A DNA stretch of 64,000 bases from contig OZ024749.1 in NCBI GenBank assembly GCA_964016885.1, positions 27,776,001-27,840,000 on the forward strand. The letters are read 5' to 3'. This stretch comes from Eledone cirrhosa (lineage: Eukaryota). Under the pieces are notes generated by a model that saw only the letters and a list, made by a program, of their open reading frames with translations, was not told where the DNA came from and did no database searches. The position numbers and the translations under genes were made by a program. Positions 11,990 to 25,861 of this stretch are shown here, one piece after another. Each line of letters begins with the position of its first letter. Positions within the stretch are counted from its first letter, which is position 1.

Positions 11990-12495
11990 TAGAGAAAGAG
12001 AGGGGAGGGAGAGAAAGAGAGGGGAGGGAGAGAAAGAGAGGGGAGGGAGAGAAAGAGAGAGGGAGAGAGAGAGAGGGAGAGAGAGAAAGAGAAAGAGAGA
12101 GGGAGAGAGAGAGGGAGAGAGAGAGAGAGAGGGAGGGAGATAGGGAGGGAGATAGGGAGGGAGATAGGGAGGGAGATAGGGAGGGAGATAGGGAGGGAGA
12201 TAGGGAGGGAGATAGGGAGGGAGATAGGGAGGGAGAGAGGGAGGGAGAGAGGGAGGGAGGGCAGGAGAGAGATAGGGAGGGAGAGAGGGAGGGAGGGCAG
12301 GAGAGAGAAAGGGAGAGGGAGGACAGGAGAGAGAAAGGGAGGGGGAGGGCAGGAGAGAGAAAGGGAGGGGGAGGGCAGGAGAGAGAAAGGGAGGGGGAGG
12401 GCAGGAGAGAGAAAGGGAGGGGAGGGCAGGGGAGAGAAAGCTAGGGGGGAGGGCAGGAGAGAGAAAGGGAGGGGGGGGGGGGCAGGAGAGACAGA
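11990..12495. repeat. Polypurine G-rich tract including (GGGAGATAGGGA)n
   Basis: Direct reading. Confidence 0.9.
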
Positions 12496-12547
12496 TACAT
12501 ATCGATAGAGAGAGAGGGAAAGAGAGCTACAAATATACATACACACA

Positions 12548-12642
<95 letters not shown>

Positions 12643-12743
12643 TGTTAAGGTTTTATCATTTATCATTAAAGACAGCAACATATATAGGATGTATAAGCAA
12701 TGAATGCATTGATGCATCTCAAAGATATGGCGCCTAACTAGCT

Positions 12744-12784
<41 letters not shown>

Positions 12785-13537
12785 CACACACATATATATA
12801 TATATACACAAATATATATATATATACACACACACGCACTCATATGTATATATATATATACACTCAAATATATAAAAAATATATATACACACACACAAAT
12901 ATATATACATACATATCTATTTATATATATATATATACACATACATTATATATATATATACACACACAAATATATATACATACGTTATATATATATATAT
13001 ATAAATATACATATATACACACAAAATATATATACATATATATATAAATATACATATATACACACAAAATATATATACATACATTATATATATACATATA
13101 TACACACACAAATATATATACATACGTTATATATATATACATATATACACACACATATATACATACGTTATATATATACACACAAATATATATACATACA
13201 TTATATACATACAAATATCTATACTTACATTATATATATATATACATATATACACACACAAATATATATACTTACATTATATATATATATTTACATATAT
13301 ACACACACAAATATATATACTTACATTATATATATATATTTACATATATACACACACAAATATATATACTTACATTATATATATATATTTACATATATAC
13401 ACACACAAATATATATACTTACATTATATTATATCTATATGTTATGGAATACTGTTAGCTTATCGCTAAAACAATTTCTATACCTTTCATTTATATATAT
13501 ACTTACATTATATATATATATTTACATATATACACAC

Positions 13538-14096
13538 AAAAAAAGTGCAGGGCAATAAAGATAGACGGTAGCAACGGAGTAGGCAGACCCAGAAAAACCT
13601 GGGACGACCTGATAAATTCCAACCTCACACACTTACACCTCTCCAAGACAATGTCACTGGACCGAGATCTTTGGCGGTACTCAGTAATAGAGAAGACCCG
13701 CCTTACCTAAATACAAAGTAAAACCTACTACAGTCAGTAGGCATCTCTAACAAAATACACCCCCGTCCCAACACCACCACCCCATCCACGCCGCCCCTTT
13801 CAATGTAAAGTTATGTTGGTGCCACAACATCCAGGCCGAAACAAATAAGATCGTGTAGGTGTCACGACAAAAAAACACAGTCCACGCTGTAATGTGGCCG
13901 TGTAGGCAACACTGTAAAAACCTCCCAGCCCCACACTGTAAATGTGGTTGGTGTTAGGAAGGGCATCCAGCTGTAGAAAACTCGCCAGACAGTCCTATGC
14001 AAGCAAGACAACCACTCTTGCCTCAAGTGGGAAAACTCCCGTCCAAACCCATGCAAGCGTGGAACATGGACGTTAAACGATGATGATGATGATGAC
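13538..14096 (+). mobile_element. 3' fragment of the same RTE-like LINE as 44753-45645
   Basis: Reverse-complement match to about 44755-45305 (aaaaagtgcagggcaata...ggacgttaaacgatgatg). Confidence 0.85.
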
Positions 14097-14366
14097 ACAA
14101 ATATATATACTTACATTATATATATACATATATACACACACAAATATATATACTTACATTATATATATACATATATACACACAAATATATATATATACAC
14201 ACAAATATATATATACATACATATATACACACACAAATATATATACATACATTATATATATATATATACATATATACACACACAAATATATATATACATA
14301 CATATATACACACAAATATATATATATATACACACACACACACAAATATATATACATACATTATAT

Positions 14367-14552
14367 GTGGATTGGCAGTATTGGTAGAGGGTCGGACACC
14401 ATGCTTTGTAGCATAGAGTTACCTCCCTTTATGATCTGAGTTCAAATCCCGCCGAGATTAACTTTGCCTTTCATCCTTACGGGGTCGATAAAATAAAGTA
14501 CCAGTAATGCACTGGGTAATTGCTGGCCTTGTGCCAAAAGTAGAAACAATTA
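14367..14552 (+). mobile_element. tRNA-derived SINE family A (Meta/MESC-like central domain), representative copy
   Basis: A box tggcagtattggtag, B box gagttcaaatccc, core tttgcctttcatccttacggggtcgataaaataaagtaccag, tail agaaacaattatt. Other copies: 925-1015, 14565-14646, 22884-23050(-), 40030-40213, 40798-40983, 44125-44317, 49760-49960, 50300-50512, 50589-50702, 54810-54877(-), 59000-59135(-), 63195-63370(-). Confidence 0.88.
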
Positions 14553-14644
14553 TATATATATATTTCATTCTTACGGGGTCGATAAAATAAAGTACCAGTA
14601 ATGCACTAGGTAATTGCTGGCCTTGTGCTTAAAGTAGAAACAAT

Positions 14645-14680
<36 letters not shown>

Positions 14681-15024
14681 AATATATATACTTACATTAT
14701 ATATATATATATATACAGACATTGGTACAGATATTGTGCCAAGTGAAGCAACAGTGTGGAATTAAGTCAATAAAAGCTGAAAGAGTTTCTGGTTAATTAT
14801 AGGAAGTAAAACATAAAACAATTATGTATGGACCAATAAAGGGAGGTCACTGTGTTGGGGAGAGTGGGGGAGAGAGAGAGGGAGGGAGGTAGACGGAGGG
14901 AGGGAGAGAGAGAAATAGATAGATGGAAAAAGAGGGAGAGAGATAGGTACAGGGAGAGAGAGTGGGGGGGGGGGTAGGAGGGAGAGGGGCCATGGCATAC
15001 CATTAGTGTTATTATTAATGTTAG

Positions 15025-16100
15025 GGCAGTGGATTGGCAGTATTGGTAGAGAGTCGGACACCATGCTTTGAAGCATAGTTACGTCCCTTTATGATCTGTG
15101 TTCAAATCCCGCTGAGGTTAACTTTGCCTTTCATCCTTACGGAGTCGATAAAATAAAGTACCAGTCATGCACTGGGGTGATTGCTGGCCTTGTGCCAAAA
15201 GCAGAAACAATTATTTGTTTTACACACAAAACCCACACACCAACACACAATGTTTTAGTCCTGTACTGTCAATGTTTTTCTTGATGTAAACCCTGTGTGG
15301 TTAATAAAGAAACCATTTTTATTATTATGGCAGAATCGGTAGAGGGTCGGACGACATGCTTTGCAGCATAGAGTTACGGTCCTTTATGATCCGAGTTCAA
15401 ATCCCGCTGAGGTTAACTTTGCCTTTCATCCTTACGGAGTCGATAAAATAAAGTACCAGTCATGCACTGGGGTGATTGCTGGCCTTGTGCCAAAAGCAGA
15501 AACAATTATTTGTTTTACACACAAAACCCACACACCAACACACAATGTTTTAGTCCTGTACTGTCAATGTTTTTCTTGATGTAAACCCTGTGTGGTTAAT
15601 AAAGAAACCATTTTTATTATTATGGCAGAATCGGTAGAGGGTCGGACGACATGCTTTGCAGCATAGAGTTACGGTCCTTTATGATCTGAGTTCAAATCCC
15701 GCTGAGGTTAACTTTGCCTTTCATCCTTACGGAGTCGATAAAATAAAGTACCAGTCATGCACTGGGGTGATTGCTGGCCTTGTGCCAAAAGCAGAAACAA
15801 TTATTTGTTTTACACACAAAACCCACACACCAACACACAATGTTTTAGTCCTGTACTGTCAATGTTTTTCTTGATGTAAACCCTGTGTGGTTAATAAAGA
15901 AACCATTTTTATTATTATGGCAGAATCGGTAGAGGGTCGGACGACATGCTTTGCAGCATAGAGTTACGGTCCTTTATGATCTGAGTTCAAATCCCGCCGA
16001 CGTTAGCTTTGCCTTTCATCCTTACGGGGTCGATAAAATAAAGTACCAGTAATACACTGGGATAATGGCTGGCCTTGTGCCAAAAGTAGAAACAATTATA
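15025..16100 (+). repeat. Tandem array of a 295-bp unit (SINE A + about 115 bp flank), four SINE copies
   Basis: Near-identical ORFs at 15361 and 15656 (period 295); SINE starts at about 15025, 15328, 15623, 15918. Confidence 0.92.
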
Positions 16101-16344
16101 ATTGACAATTTGCACAGTAAATATTGTAATTTACTGCCTGTTATATCTCAACATGTACTTTCCTTAGTATATGAGCACTGCCCAACAGGACAGTTTTTTT
16201 CTAAGAGAGACGTATGTGATGTGAGGTCTATTTGCTTAAGATATCCCCATCTCAGTTTTAGTGGTATCCAGTTCAAAGTTCCAATGACAACTAGGATTAT
16301 TTTGATGTTTGGTGATATTAATCACATTTGTGCAATTTCAATGT

Positions 16345-16583
16345 TTAACCCTTAAGTTACCAACCCAGCCACAACTGGCTCTGGTTCTATGAAATAAAAC
16401 CACCCATTTTAAAAGTTTCCAATTTAAATTAAAATCTTCCAACAATTTTATATAAGAACCTGACATTAAGTTTACTATATTAGTAATGAAATAATTTATA
16501 ATTTTAGTAAATCCCTCAAAATTCTTCCATAATTTATTAAAATAAAGTGTATTTCATTAGAAATGCAATCATGAAAGGGTTAA
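16345..16583. mobile_element. piggyBac-type (TTAA) MITE
   Basis: Begins ttaaccct and ends agggttaa. Related degenerate and tandemly rearranged copies at about 18410-19065, 49050-49570, 50870-51990 and 55540-56590. Confidence 0.65.
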
Positions 16584-16784
16584 ACCAGGTCAAAACCAGC
16601 TCTGGTTCTATGAAATAAAATCACCCATTTTAAAGGTTTCCAACATAATTTTATATAAGAGCCTTACATTAAGTTACTATCTTAGTACTGAAATAATCAA
16701 CAATTTTAGTAAGTCCCTTGACATTCTTTATTAATGAATTAAAATAGTGTATTTCATAAGAAATGCAGTCATTTTGATGTTTAA

Positions 16785-17020
16785 GTCAGTATAACTTGTT
16801 ATTTTTTTCAATTTCCTTCAAGGCCATGATGTGGTCTCTCCTGGGAATGGTAACATCAATAATTTGGCTATTTACAGCTATTTCTGTGTGTAACTACAAT
16901 ATTAGGTCTGCTGTCTTCAAGTCTACAGTCTACTTGGATAATCTTTCAATTTCCTTCAAGGCCATATTGTGGTCTCTCCTGGGATAGCTAACATCAATAA
17001 TTTGGCAATTACGCCAATCT
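16785..17020 (-). pseudogene. Decayed RLE endonuclease fragment of an R2/R4-type element, internally duplicated
   Basis: Translates RPNIVV...QIIDVTIP..D....KEIEK; the block caaattattgatgtt...cccaggagagaccaca..atggccttgaaggaaattgaaa occurs twice. Confidence 0.6.
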
Positions 17021-17250
17021 TGTGCCAATTCCAAATTCTCTACACTTCATATGTCACATCTTGGTATTTTTTCTATTTCCTCACATCTGTTGTTAATATT
17101 ATTATTATTATTATTGTTGGATTGTTGGCCACTGGCTGGCATTAATAATAATAATAATAATAATTTTGCTATCAATAAAATAAGAAGAAAAACAGATTTG
17201 GCTTTGGTACTAAAAGATGAAAGAATTTTTATTGATTTGAAGAACTGAAT

Positions 17251-17287
17251 TGAGAGAGAGAGAGAGAGAAATAGAGGAGAGGAGAGC

Positions 17288-17346
<59 letters not shown>

Positions 17347-17550
17347 GAGAGAGAGAGAAAGAGAGAGAGAGAGAGAAATAGAGGAGAGGAGAGCATGAGA
17401 GAGAAACAGAGAAAGAGAATGAAAGAAAGAGAGAGAAAGCAAGAGAAAGAATGAAAGAGAAAGAATGAAAGAGAAAGAGAAAGCAAGAGAGAGAGAGAGA
17501 TAGAGACAGAAAAGGTAAACAAGAGAGAGAGAGAGAGAGAGACAGCAAGT

Positions 17551-17584
<34 letters not shown>

Positions 17585-17908
17585 CAGCAAGTGAGAGAAA
17601 GAGAGAGAGACAGCAAGTGAGAGAAAGAGAGAGAGACAGCAAGTGAGAGAAAGAGAGAGAGAGACAGCAAGTGAGAGAAAGAGAGAGAGAGACAGCAAGT
17701 GAGAGAAAGAGAGAGACAGCAAGTGAGAGAAAGAGAGAGAGACAGCAAGTGAGAGAAAGAGAGAGACAGCAAGTGAGAGAAAGAGAGAGACAGTAAGTGA
17801 GAGAAAGCAAGAGAGACAGCAAGTGAGAGAAAGCAAGAGAGACAGCAAGTGAGACAGCAAGTGAGAGAAAGCAAGAGAGACAGCAAGTGAGAGAAAGCAA
17901 GAGAGAGC
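17251..17908. repeat. GA-rich microsatellite/minisatellite (gagacagcaagtgagagaaa unit)
   Basis: Visible tandem units of 24-28 bp. Confidence 0.9.
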
Positions 17909-19384
17909 TAGAACTTGATCCAATTTCTCGATCTGTAGAGTTGCTATTGCAGTGGAAAGAAAGCTCTACCAAATTCTACAAAATTACATCAAACTACAAC
18001 ACGGAAGAAGAATTACCAAAATATTCCTATTCTCCAAGAAAATGGTTCTCAATAGGAACTTTTATTGGATTATAACAATGTCTTTCTTCCTTGGAGTTTT
18101 CCAAATACCTTAAAAGGGATCATCAACATCATCATTTGACTGCAGTAGTAGACAGCCACATTTCTTGTACACTCCTTGCAGCTTTCATAATGAGTTTGTG
18201 GTCCCACGGTCAGGGTAGAAGCCCTGGATCACCATCATTGGTTAACTACAATATTAGATGGCTTCAAACCCCTTCCTCTACCACTTACAGCTTTAATTAA
18301 CAGTTGTAGTCTCATGGTCAGCTGGTTAGCCCTGTATCATCATCATCATCGGTCAACTACATGAGCAGATGGCCTCAATCCCCTTGCTCTACCACTTGCA
18401 GCTTTTGATATCAAACTGCTTGAAACCACCCTTGGTTCTACAATACAAAACTGAGAACTTTTGTTAAGTTATGTTCCAAGTACCAACTTAACCCTTTTAT
18501 ACAAAACTGATTGAAACCACTCTTGGTTTTACAATACAAAACTGAGAACCTTTGTTAAGTCATTTTCCAAGTACCTGCTTAACCCTTTTGATACCAAACA
18601 GCCTGAAACCACCCTTAGTTATACAATACAAAACTGAGAACCTTTGTTATGTTCCAAAATCCAGCTTAACCTTTTGATACCAAAGAACCTGAAACTGCCT
18701 CTGGTTTTAAAATACAAAACTGTTTGTGTTAAAGTGTTTTCTATTCATCTAAAAACCTTTCATCATAATTTTTTTCAAGAATCTTTGTTAAGTTATGTTT
18801 CAAGCACCAGCTTCATAATGAGAAGTCAGTTTATATTACTAAATTCTTGCAAATTCGTGATAATTTTCAAAATTATTTGAAGAGCATAGTCAGTATCTTT
18901 CATTAAATGGTAAGAAAACGATTAAGTTATGTTCCGAACACCAAACTAATATCAGAGAAAGTTAGTTATCTTACTAAACCCATGCAAATTCTTCATTATT
19001 TTCAAAATGATTTCAAAACTATAGGCAGTGTCTTTCATTAGAAATATGTTAAAGAAATGGCTAAAATATCTCAAATAAGTTTCTAACAAGACTGTCCCTT
19101 GTTCTTTCAACAGTACCATGGCTACTGTGGTGGGGGTTTATGGAAGTTGGAGTATAAAACATAGATTGTTCTAGAAACATGTTAGAAGAATGTCCTTGAA
19201 AGTTGTTTAAGTTGGAACTGAAGTGAACTGTGATAAGTATTGTTAAATATTATATATATAACCTCCCTCCCTCTCTCTCTCTATATATATATATATAGAG
19301 AGAATTCAATTGGAGGCATACTGAATACACACACACATTTATATGTAATGTATCTATACAAATACATGTACACACACATATGTA

Positions 19385-19456
<72 letters not shown>

Positions 19457-19466
19457 CACACACACG

Positions 19467-19500
<34 letters not shown>

Positions 19501-19970
19501 CACACACACGTCTCTCTCTCTCTATATATATATATACACACACACACACACATACATATATACACACACATACATATACACACACAATGTATGTATACAA
19601 ATACATATACATACACACAGAGAGAGGCAGTGAGTGAGAGAAAGAGTGTGAGAGAGGGAGAGGCAGTGATTGTGAGAGAGAAACAGTGAGTGAGAACATA
19701 GGAGAGAGAGAGAGAGAGAGAGAGATTTAAGGGAGAGCTATCTATTTTTGTGCATCACTTAAACAACTGCGCAGTAAATAACAACAGCAGCACCATCACT
19801 GCACATTGTTAAGTAAGCACCTTAACACTGCTCCTGCTGCACCCTCTCTACCCTCCACCCACCCACCCCTCTTTCCAATAATAATCAATACTACAGGTCA
19901 GACTGTTCTATATTGATTCATACTACTGTGGCACTACCAAAATATAGGGGGCGGGAGGGGCTCATGTATG

Positions 19971-20010
<40 letters not shown>

Positions 20011-20427
20011 GGTCTTCATGTGTGTGACTGTGTGTATGTGTGTGTTTTGGTCTTCACGTGTGTGTTTTGGTCTTCACGTGTGTGACTGTGTGTGTGTGTA
20101 TGTGTTTTGGTCTTCATGTGCGTGACTGTGTGTGTGTGTATGTGTTTTGGTCTTCATGTGCGTGACTGTGTGTGTATGTGTGTTTTGGTCTTCATGTGCA
20201 TGACTGTGTGTGTATGTGTGTTTTGGTCTTCATGTGTGTGACTGTGTGTATGTGTGTGTTTTGGTCTTTACGTGCGTGACTGTGTGTGTGTGTCAGAGTG
20301 TGTGTGTGTCAGAGAGTGTGTGTGTGTGTAGGTCTTCCTGTGTATGTGTGTCTTTATGAGTAACTGTGTGTGTGTCTGTGTGTGTGTGTGTGTGTTTTCA
20401 GTGTGCGACTGTGTGTGTGTATGCCTT

Positions 20428-20473
<46 letters not shown>

Positions 20474-20624
20474 ACTGCGTGTGAATATGTTTTCATGATT
20501 GTGTGTGTGTATGTCTTTATATGCGAGTATGTTTTCACATATTAATCAAACAGCCAAATGCTCATCGTTGAAGCAGGTGGAGGACCCATCAATATCATGT
20601 GTGTGTATGTGTATAAGAGCATGT

Positions 20625-20778
20625 TTCCATGTGTGTATGTGTATAAGAGAATGTTTCCATGTGTGTGTGTATAAGAGCATGTTTCCATGTGTGTATGTGT
20701 ATAAGAGCATGTTTCCATGTGTGTATGTGTATAAGAGCATGTTTCCATGTGTGTATGTGTATAAGAGCATGTTTCTAT
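20625..20778. repeat. 30-bp minisatellite gtgtataagagcatgtttccatgtgtgtat
   Basis: About 5 tandem copies. Confidence 0.85.
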
Positions 20779-21369
20779 TTCTATGTATATGTGTGTATAC
20801 ATTTATTCCTGAGAAGGTGCATGGCTTAGTGGTTAGAGTATTCAGCATGTGATTGAAAGGTTGAGAGTGATTTCTGGTGGCATCACATTGTATCCTTGAG
20901 CAAGACACTTTATTGCACATTGCTCCAGTCCATTCACTTGGAGCAACATGGAGTTGAACATGTAATTCAAATGGCCAGCCAAGTTACACACTCAGTGTCA
21001 TGTTGAATCTCCCTGAGAATTATATTAAAGGTACATGTCTTTGGAATACTCAGCCACTCACACTATAATACAAGGTAGAGTGTGCTGTAATTCAACTGTG
21101 CCATGCTGAATCTCCCTGAGGTACACATGTCTGTCAAATACTCACTCACATTATAATATGAACTGTACTTGTAATTAAGAAGTCCAATCTTGCCATATAT
21201 TGTTTCACACTGAATCTCCCTGAGAACTATGTTAAAGGTCCACATATCTGTGGAATACTCAACCACTTATAATATGATACGAGATGTTGCTGTTGTTGTT
21301 ATTATTGTTGTTTAACTTGTTGTTTAAGTTACTGTCCCTGTAATTTCATTGGTCCAATCTTGTTATATA

Positions 21370-21599
21370 CAGGGTGTTTCAAAACATTTGATATCAATGG
21401 CCTGTTCCCAAGGTTGACACATTGAAATATATATTGTGAATTAATGTTATAACGTGGATATGTTTTGAGGAATAAATCTTATGTTACTCAACATGGAGCC
21501 TGCTTAGTCTCGTTGCCCTAGACCTTGTAGTTTCTGGGATATTTACATCTCAAATGATATCAAAATCTCAAATGATATAAAATTTTTTGAAACACCCTG
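21370..21599. mobile_element. Tc1/mariner-type MITE
   Basis: TIRs cagggtgtttcaaaa / ttttgaaacaccctg flanked by TA on both sides. A smaller related hairpin element lies at about 27388-27461. Confidence 0.8.
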
Positions 21600-22535
21600 T
21601 ATTGTGACGAGCTGTCTTGGCTAGAGAAATATGTTAAGGATAGACATGACGCACAAAATCTCCCTGAGAATTACATTAAGGGTACACGTGTGTGTGGAAT
21701 ACTCAGCTACTTAGAATATAATAGAAACTACCTGTAATTTCAAAAGTTCAGTCTTGTCACTAGGTCAAGCTGTCTTGGTTAGAGAATTACGATAAGGATA
21801 CACGTCTGTTAAATACACATTGTGATACACAGAATCTCCCTGAGTGCTGAGTTAAGGGTACACTTGTCAGTCGAATGCTCAGGCACTAGCACTACAACAC
21901 AAATCTATTGTAACCCAAATTCAGGGGCCCAGCCTTGTTACCCCCCCCCCCCCACACACACACACACTGCGATCGTGCTGAGTTCTATGTTCATGTCTGT
22001 GGAATGCTCAGACACTTGTATGGTAACTTAACAAGCAGGCTGTTCCGTTGTTTAAACAGCTGACCCATTATTAATGTTGTTTGATCTTCAGAGAATTCAA
22101 ATCAATCAAAGACTGTCAAAATATTCACAGAAGGATTTCATTACAATTTCCTTCAAGTGTTTCGACTGTCTTTCGAGAATTAGGGTTGCTTCATATTGAA
22201 GTAGTGGTGGTGGTTGTAGTGGTGATGGTTGTGGTGGTTGTAATGGTAATGGTTTTAGTAGTGTGGTGGTTATTATTGTAGTGGTGATGGTGGTTGTAGT
22301 GGTGGTGGTTGTGGTGGTTATTATTGTAGTGGTGATGGTGGTTGTAGTGGTGGTGGTTGTGGTGGTGGTGGGGTTGTAATGGTTTTAGTAGTGTGGTGGT
22401 TATTATTGTAGTGGTGGTGGTGGTTATTGTTGTGGTTGTAGCTGTGATGGTTGTTACAGTAGTAGTGGTTGTAGTTATGATGGTAGTAGTTATGATGGTA
22501 GCATAGGATTTCCTCTTTATAAAACATATGCACAC

Positions 22536-22582
<47 letters not shown>

Positions 22583-22642
22583 AAAATCCGTTAGGTGAAA
22601 CACGTGTCCTTGAAGATGGCTTGCTAATATGTTGTGGAACTA

Positions 22643-22709
<67 letters not shown>

Positions 22710-23120
22710 CAAGGAAATGACAAAACAGAGTTCTTATTAGTTTCACGCTTTATATGGAAAAGGGGAAAGAAAGTTTGATGTGTCGGGTATTAGACATTCT
22801 TCAGGAGTACAAAAATTGAGACAGGATCACAAAGGATAGATACAGAAAATAAAAGGTAGTCCAAGTAAAAAAAAAACCCTGAAAATAATTGTTTCTACTT
22901 TAGGCACAAGGCCAGCAATTACCCAGTGCATTACTGGTACTTTATTTTATCGACCCCCATAAGGATGAAAGGCAAAGTCAACCTCAGCGGGATTTGAACT
23001 CAGATCGTAAAGGGACATAACTATGCTGGAAAGCATGGCGTCCGACCCTGAAAATAATGACAGGTTGTACTGAGTTACATGTTACCAGTAGCACCCAAGA
23101 ATGACCCGACATATGTATGT

Positions 23121-23620
23121 AACCAAGGTTTCCTGGTGAGGAGGGTGACTTTGGACATCCTGTAGGACTAAAATCAAAACCTGTCAAAGGGCAAAGGAGC
23201 TCTTAAGAGTCAATGGCCATCCAAAATCACCGGGAGAGATGACCCCTTAGCCTTTGTCAAGGCAGAATTCTAGGAGAAGGAAAATTCTGATATAACACCT
23301 GCAACCCTGATGGTATCCAATGATGTTGACTTGTTCTTCTTTTTGGTAAATATCATCTTGGTTAAGAGAGTGGGACTGGCTTTGTGCAGTGCCTTTGCTC
23401 ACTATAAAAGCTTCACGGCACAGGCATTGCTTTATATCCGGAGATATATACCATGGGCTCAGCACTATGTGTCAATAATTGTCACAAGTGTAGTGTTTGT
23501 ACCAGAGTTTTCAAGTCGCTGGCTGGACTAAAAAGTCACACTTGTTCAGCGCATTGGTAGGGGTTCTCCTACATGGATATAAAGTAGTGGCCGTACTCGA
23601 AAATGAGTTGGCAGCCACCA
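23121..23620 (+). mobile_element. Bipartite non-autonomous RTE derivative (5' UTR fused to 3' end)
   Basis: Shares blocks with the RTE 5' UTR (ttctaggagaagg, gatataa-acctgc, atgatgttga, agagagtggga-tgg, gcacaggcattgc), then encodes a C2H2-like C-terminus (HKCSVCTRVFKSLAGLKSH) and ends gccacc+(TA)n. Confidence 0.8.
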
Positions 23621-23632
23621 TATATATACATA

Positions 23633-23744
23633 CAACCCCACCAAGAAACCTTGGTGGGGTTGCCAGTTTAGTCGCCAATGAGCCGACCATGAGACAGGTT
23701 GTACTGGGATACATGTTACCACTAGCACCAACTGGCGACCTGAC
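23633..23744 (-). mobile_element. Isolated 5' head of the bipartite RTE derivative (further partial head at 23058-23110)
   Basis: Near-identical to 26365-26468. Confidence 0.8.
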
Positions 23745-24504
23745 ATAATATACATATACATACATACATACATACATACACTAGGGTTGTACATGTCTGG
23801 CAAGTGACTTGATATGAGACTGTGTTGAAAGAAAAGCTATATATATATATATATATATGTGTATACTATTGTAGTGAAGCACTTATTAAAGTGATAAGTG
23901 TTCTTCAAATCAGTTACTGGTAGAGTAGAGCTTCTTTATAATAAAATATACATATACATCACTTTACCTATCTTTAGGGGGTTTCTTGCTTACCTTTGCA
24001 TAGCCAAATCACACATACACACATATATATATATATACTGATACACATGCACAGATATATATATATATACACACACACACTCTGAATATATATATATATA
24101 CATATATACTCACATATATATTTAAACACACACATATATTCATACATACACACACAATATATATACACAATTATATATATATATATATATATACACATAT
24201 ATACATACACACACATTATACACATAGCTGCAAAACATTTATATATATACACACATATATATATATATATATATACATACATATGCATACACACACATTA
24301 TACACATAGCTGCAAAACATTTATATATATATATATACATACACACACATATACATGTATATATATATATATACACACACATATATATATATATACATAC
24401 ATATGCATACACACATTAAACACATAGCTGCAAAACATTTATATATATATATACATATATATACACATATACATATACACACATTATACACATAGCTGCA
24501 AAAC

Positions 24505-24553
<49 letters not shown>

Positions 24554-24637
24554 TGTATATATATACACATATATATATATATATATATACATACATACAT
24601 ATGCATACACACATTAAACACATAGCTGCAAAACATT

Positions 24638-24671
<34 letters not shown>

Positions 24672-24710
24672 CACATATACATACACACACATTATACACA
24701 TAGCTGCAAA

Positions 24711-24754
<44 letters not shown>

Positions 24755-24755
24755 T

Positions 24756-24795
<40 letters not shown>

Positions 24796-25396
24796 ATATA
24801 CATACACACATTATACACAGCTGCAAAACATTTCATGCTACTGATTGATCAATTGATGATCAGAAGTGACAGTGTTTGAAACAACAAACTTGTTATTGAT
24901 AGCTTTTGTTGTTGCTACTGTTGTGGTCGTTGTTGTCATCATAGCTATTGTTAGTTCTTGTTGTCATCATAGCTATTGTTAGTTCTTGTTGTCATCATAG
25001 CTATTGTTAGTTCTTGTTGTCATTGTTAGTGTTGCCATTGTTTTTGTTGTTGATGTGAGTTGTTGTCGCAGGAGTTTTCTACATGAAAAGACATTGTGTA
25101 CAGAAGAGTTAGAGCTAAGGGGAGGGAATCTATCAATATTTTATCACACACTGACACCATCAACTATTGTTACATCCTTCTCCACATCCCCCACACCCAC
25201 ATATGTGGAGAATTGGCAGAGTCAGTAAAGAACATGGGACCAAATGTCTTCCATTATTTATTCCAGCTCATACATATATATATATATAGTTTTGTATAGA
25301 ATCCTAACTTCCCTTTTCTAATATATATATGTATGCATACATGTATATATATATGTATGCATACATGTATGTATCTATGTATGTATATATATATAT

Positions 25397-25762
25397 CCTA
25401 GAAGGAAAACTCTGATATAACACCTGCAACCCTGATGGTATCCAATGATGTTGACTTGTTCTTTTTGGTAAATATCATCTTGGTTAAGAGAGTGGGACTG
25501 GCTTTGTGCAGTGCCTTTGCTCACTATAAAAGCTTCACGGCACAGATATTGCTTTATATCTGGAGATCTCTCTGCACTTGTCATCACATGGTACCATGGG
25601 CCCAGCACTATGTGTCAATAATTGTCACAAGTGTAGTGTTTGTACCAGAGTTTTCAAGTCGCTGGCTGGACTAAAAAGTCACACTCCTTCAGCGCATCGG
25701 TAGGGGTTCTCCTACATGGATATAAAGTAGTGGCCGTACTCGAAAACGAGTTGGCAGCCACC
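25397..25762 (+). mobile_element. Bipartite RTE derivative, 5'-truncated copy
   Basis: Near-identical to 23270-23620. Confidence 0.8.
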
Positions 25763-25793
<31 letters not shown>

Positions 25794-25807
25794 TGTATGT
25801 ATCTATG

Positions 25808-25847
<40 letters not shown>

Positions 25848-25861
25848 TGTATGTATATATA

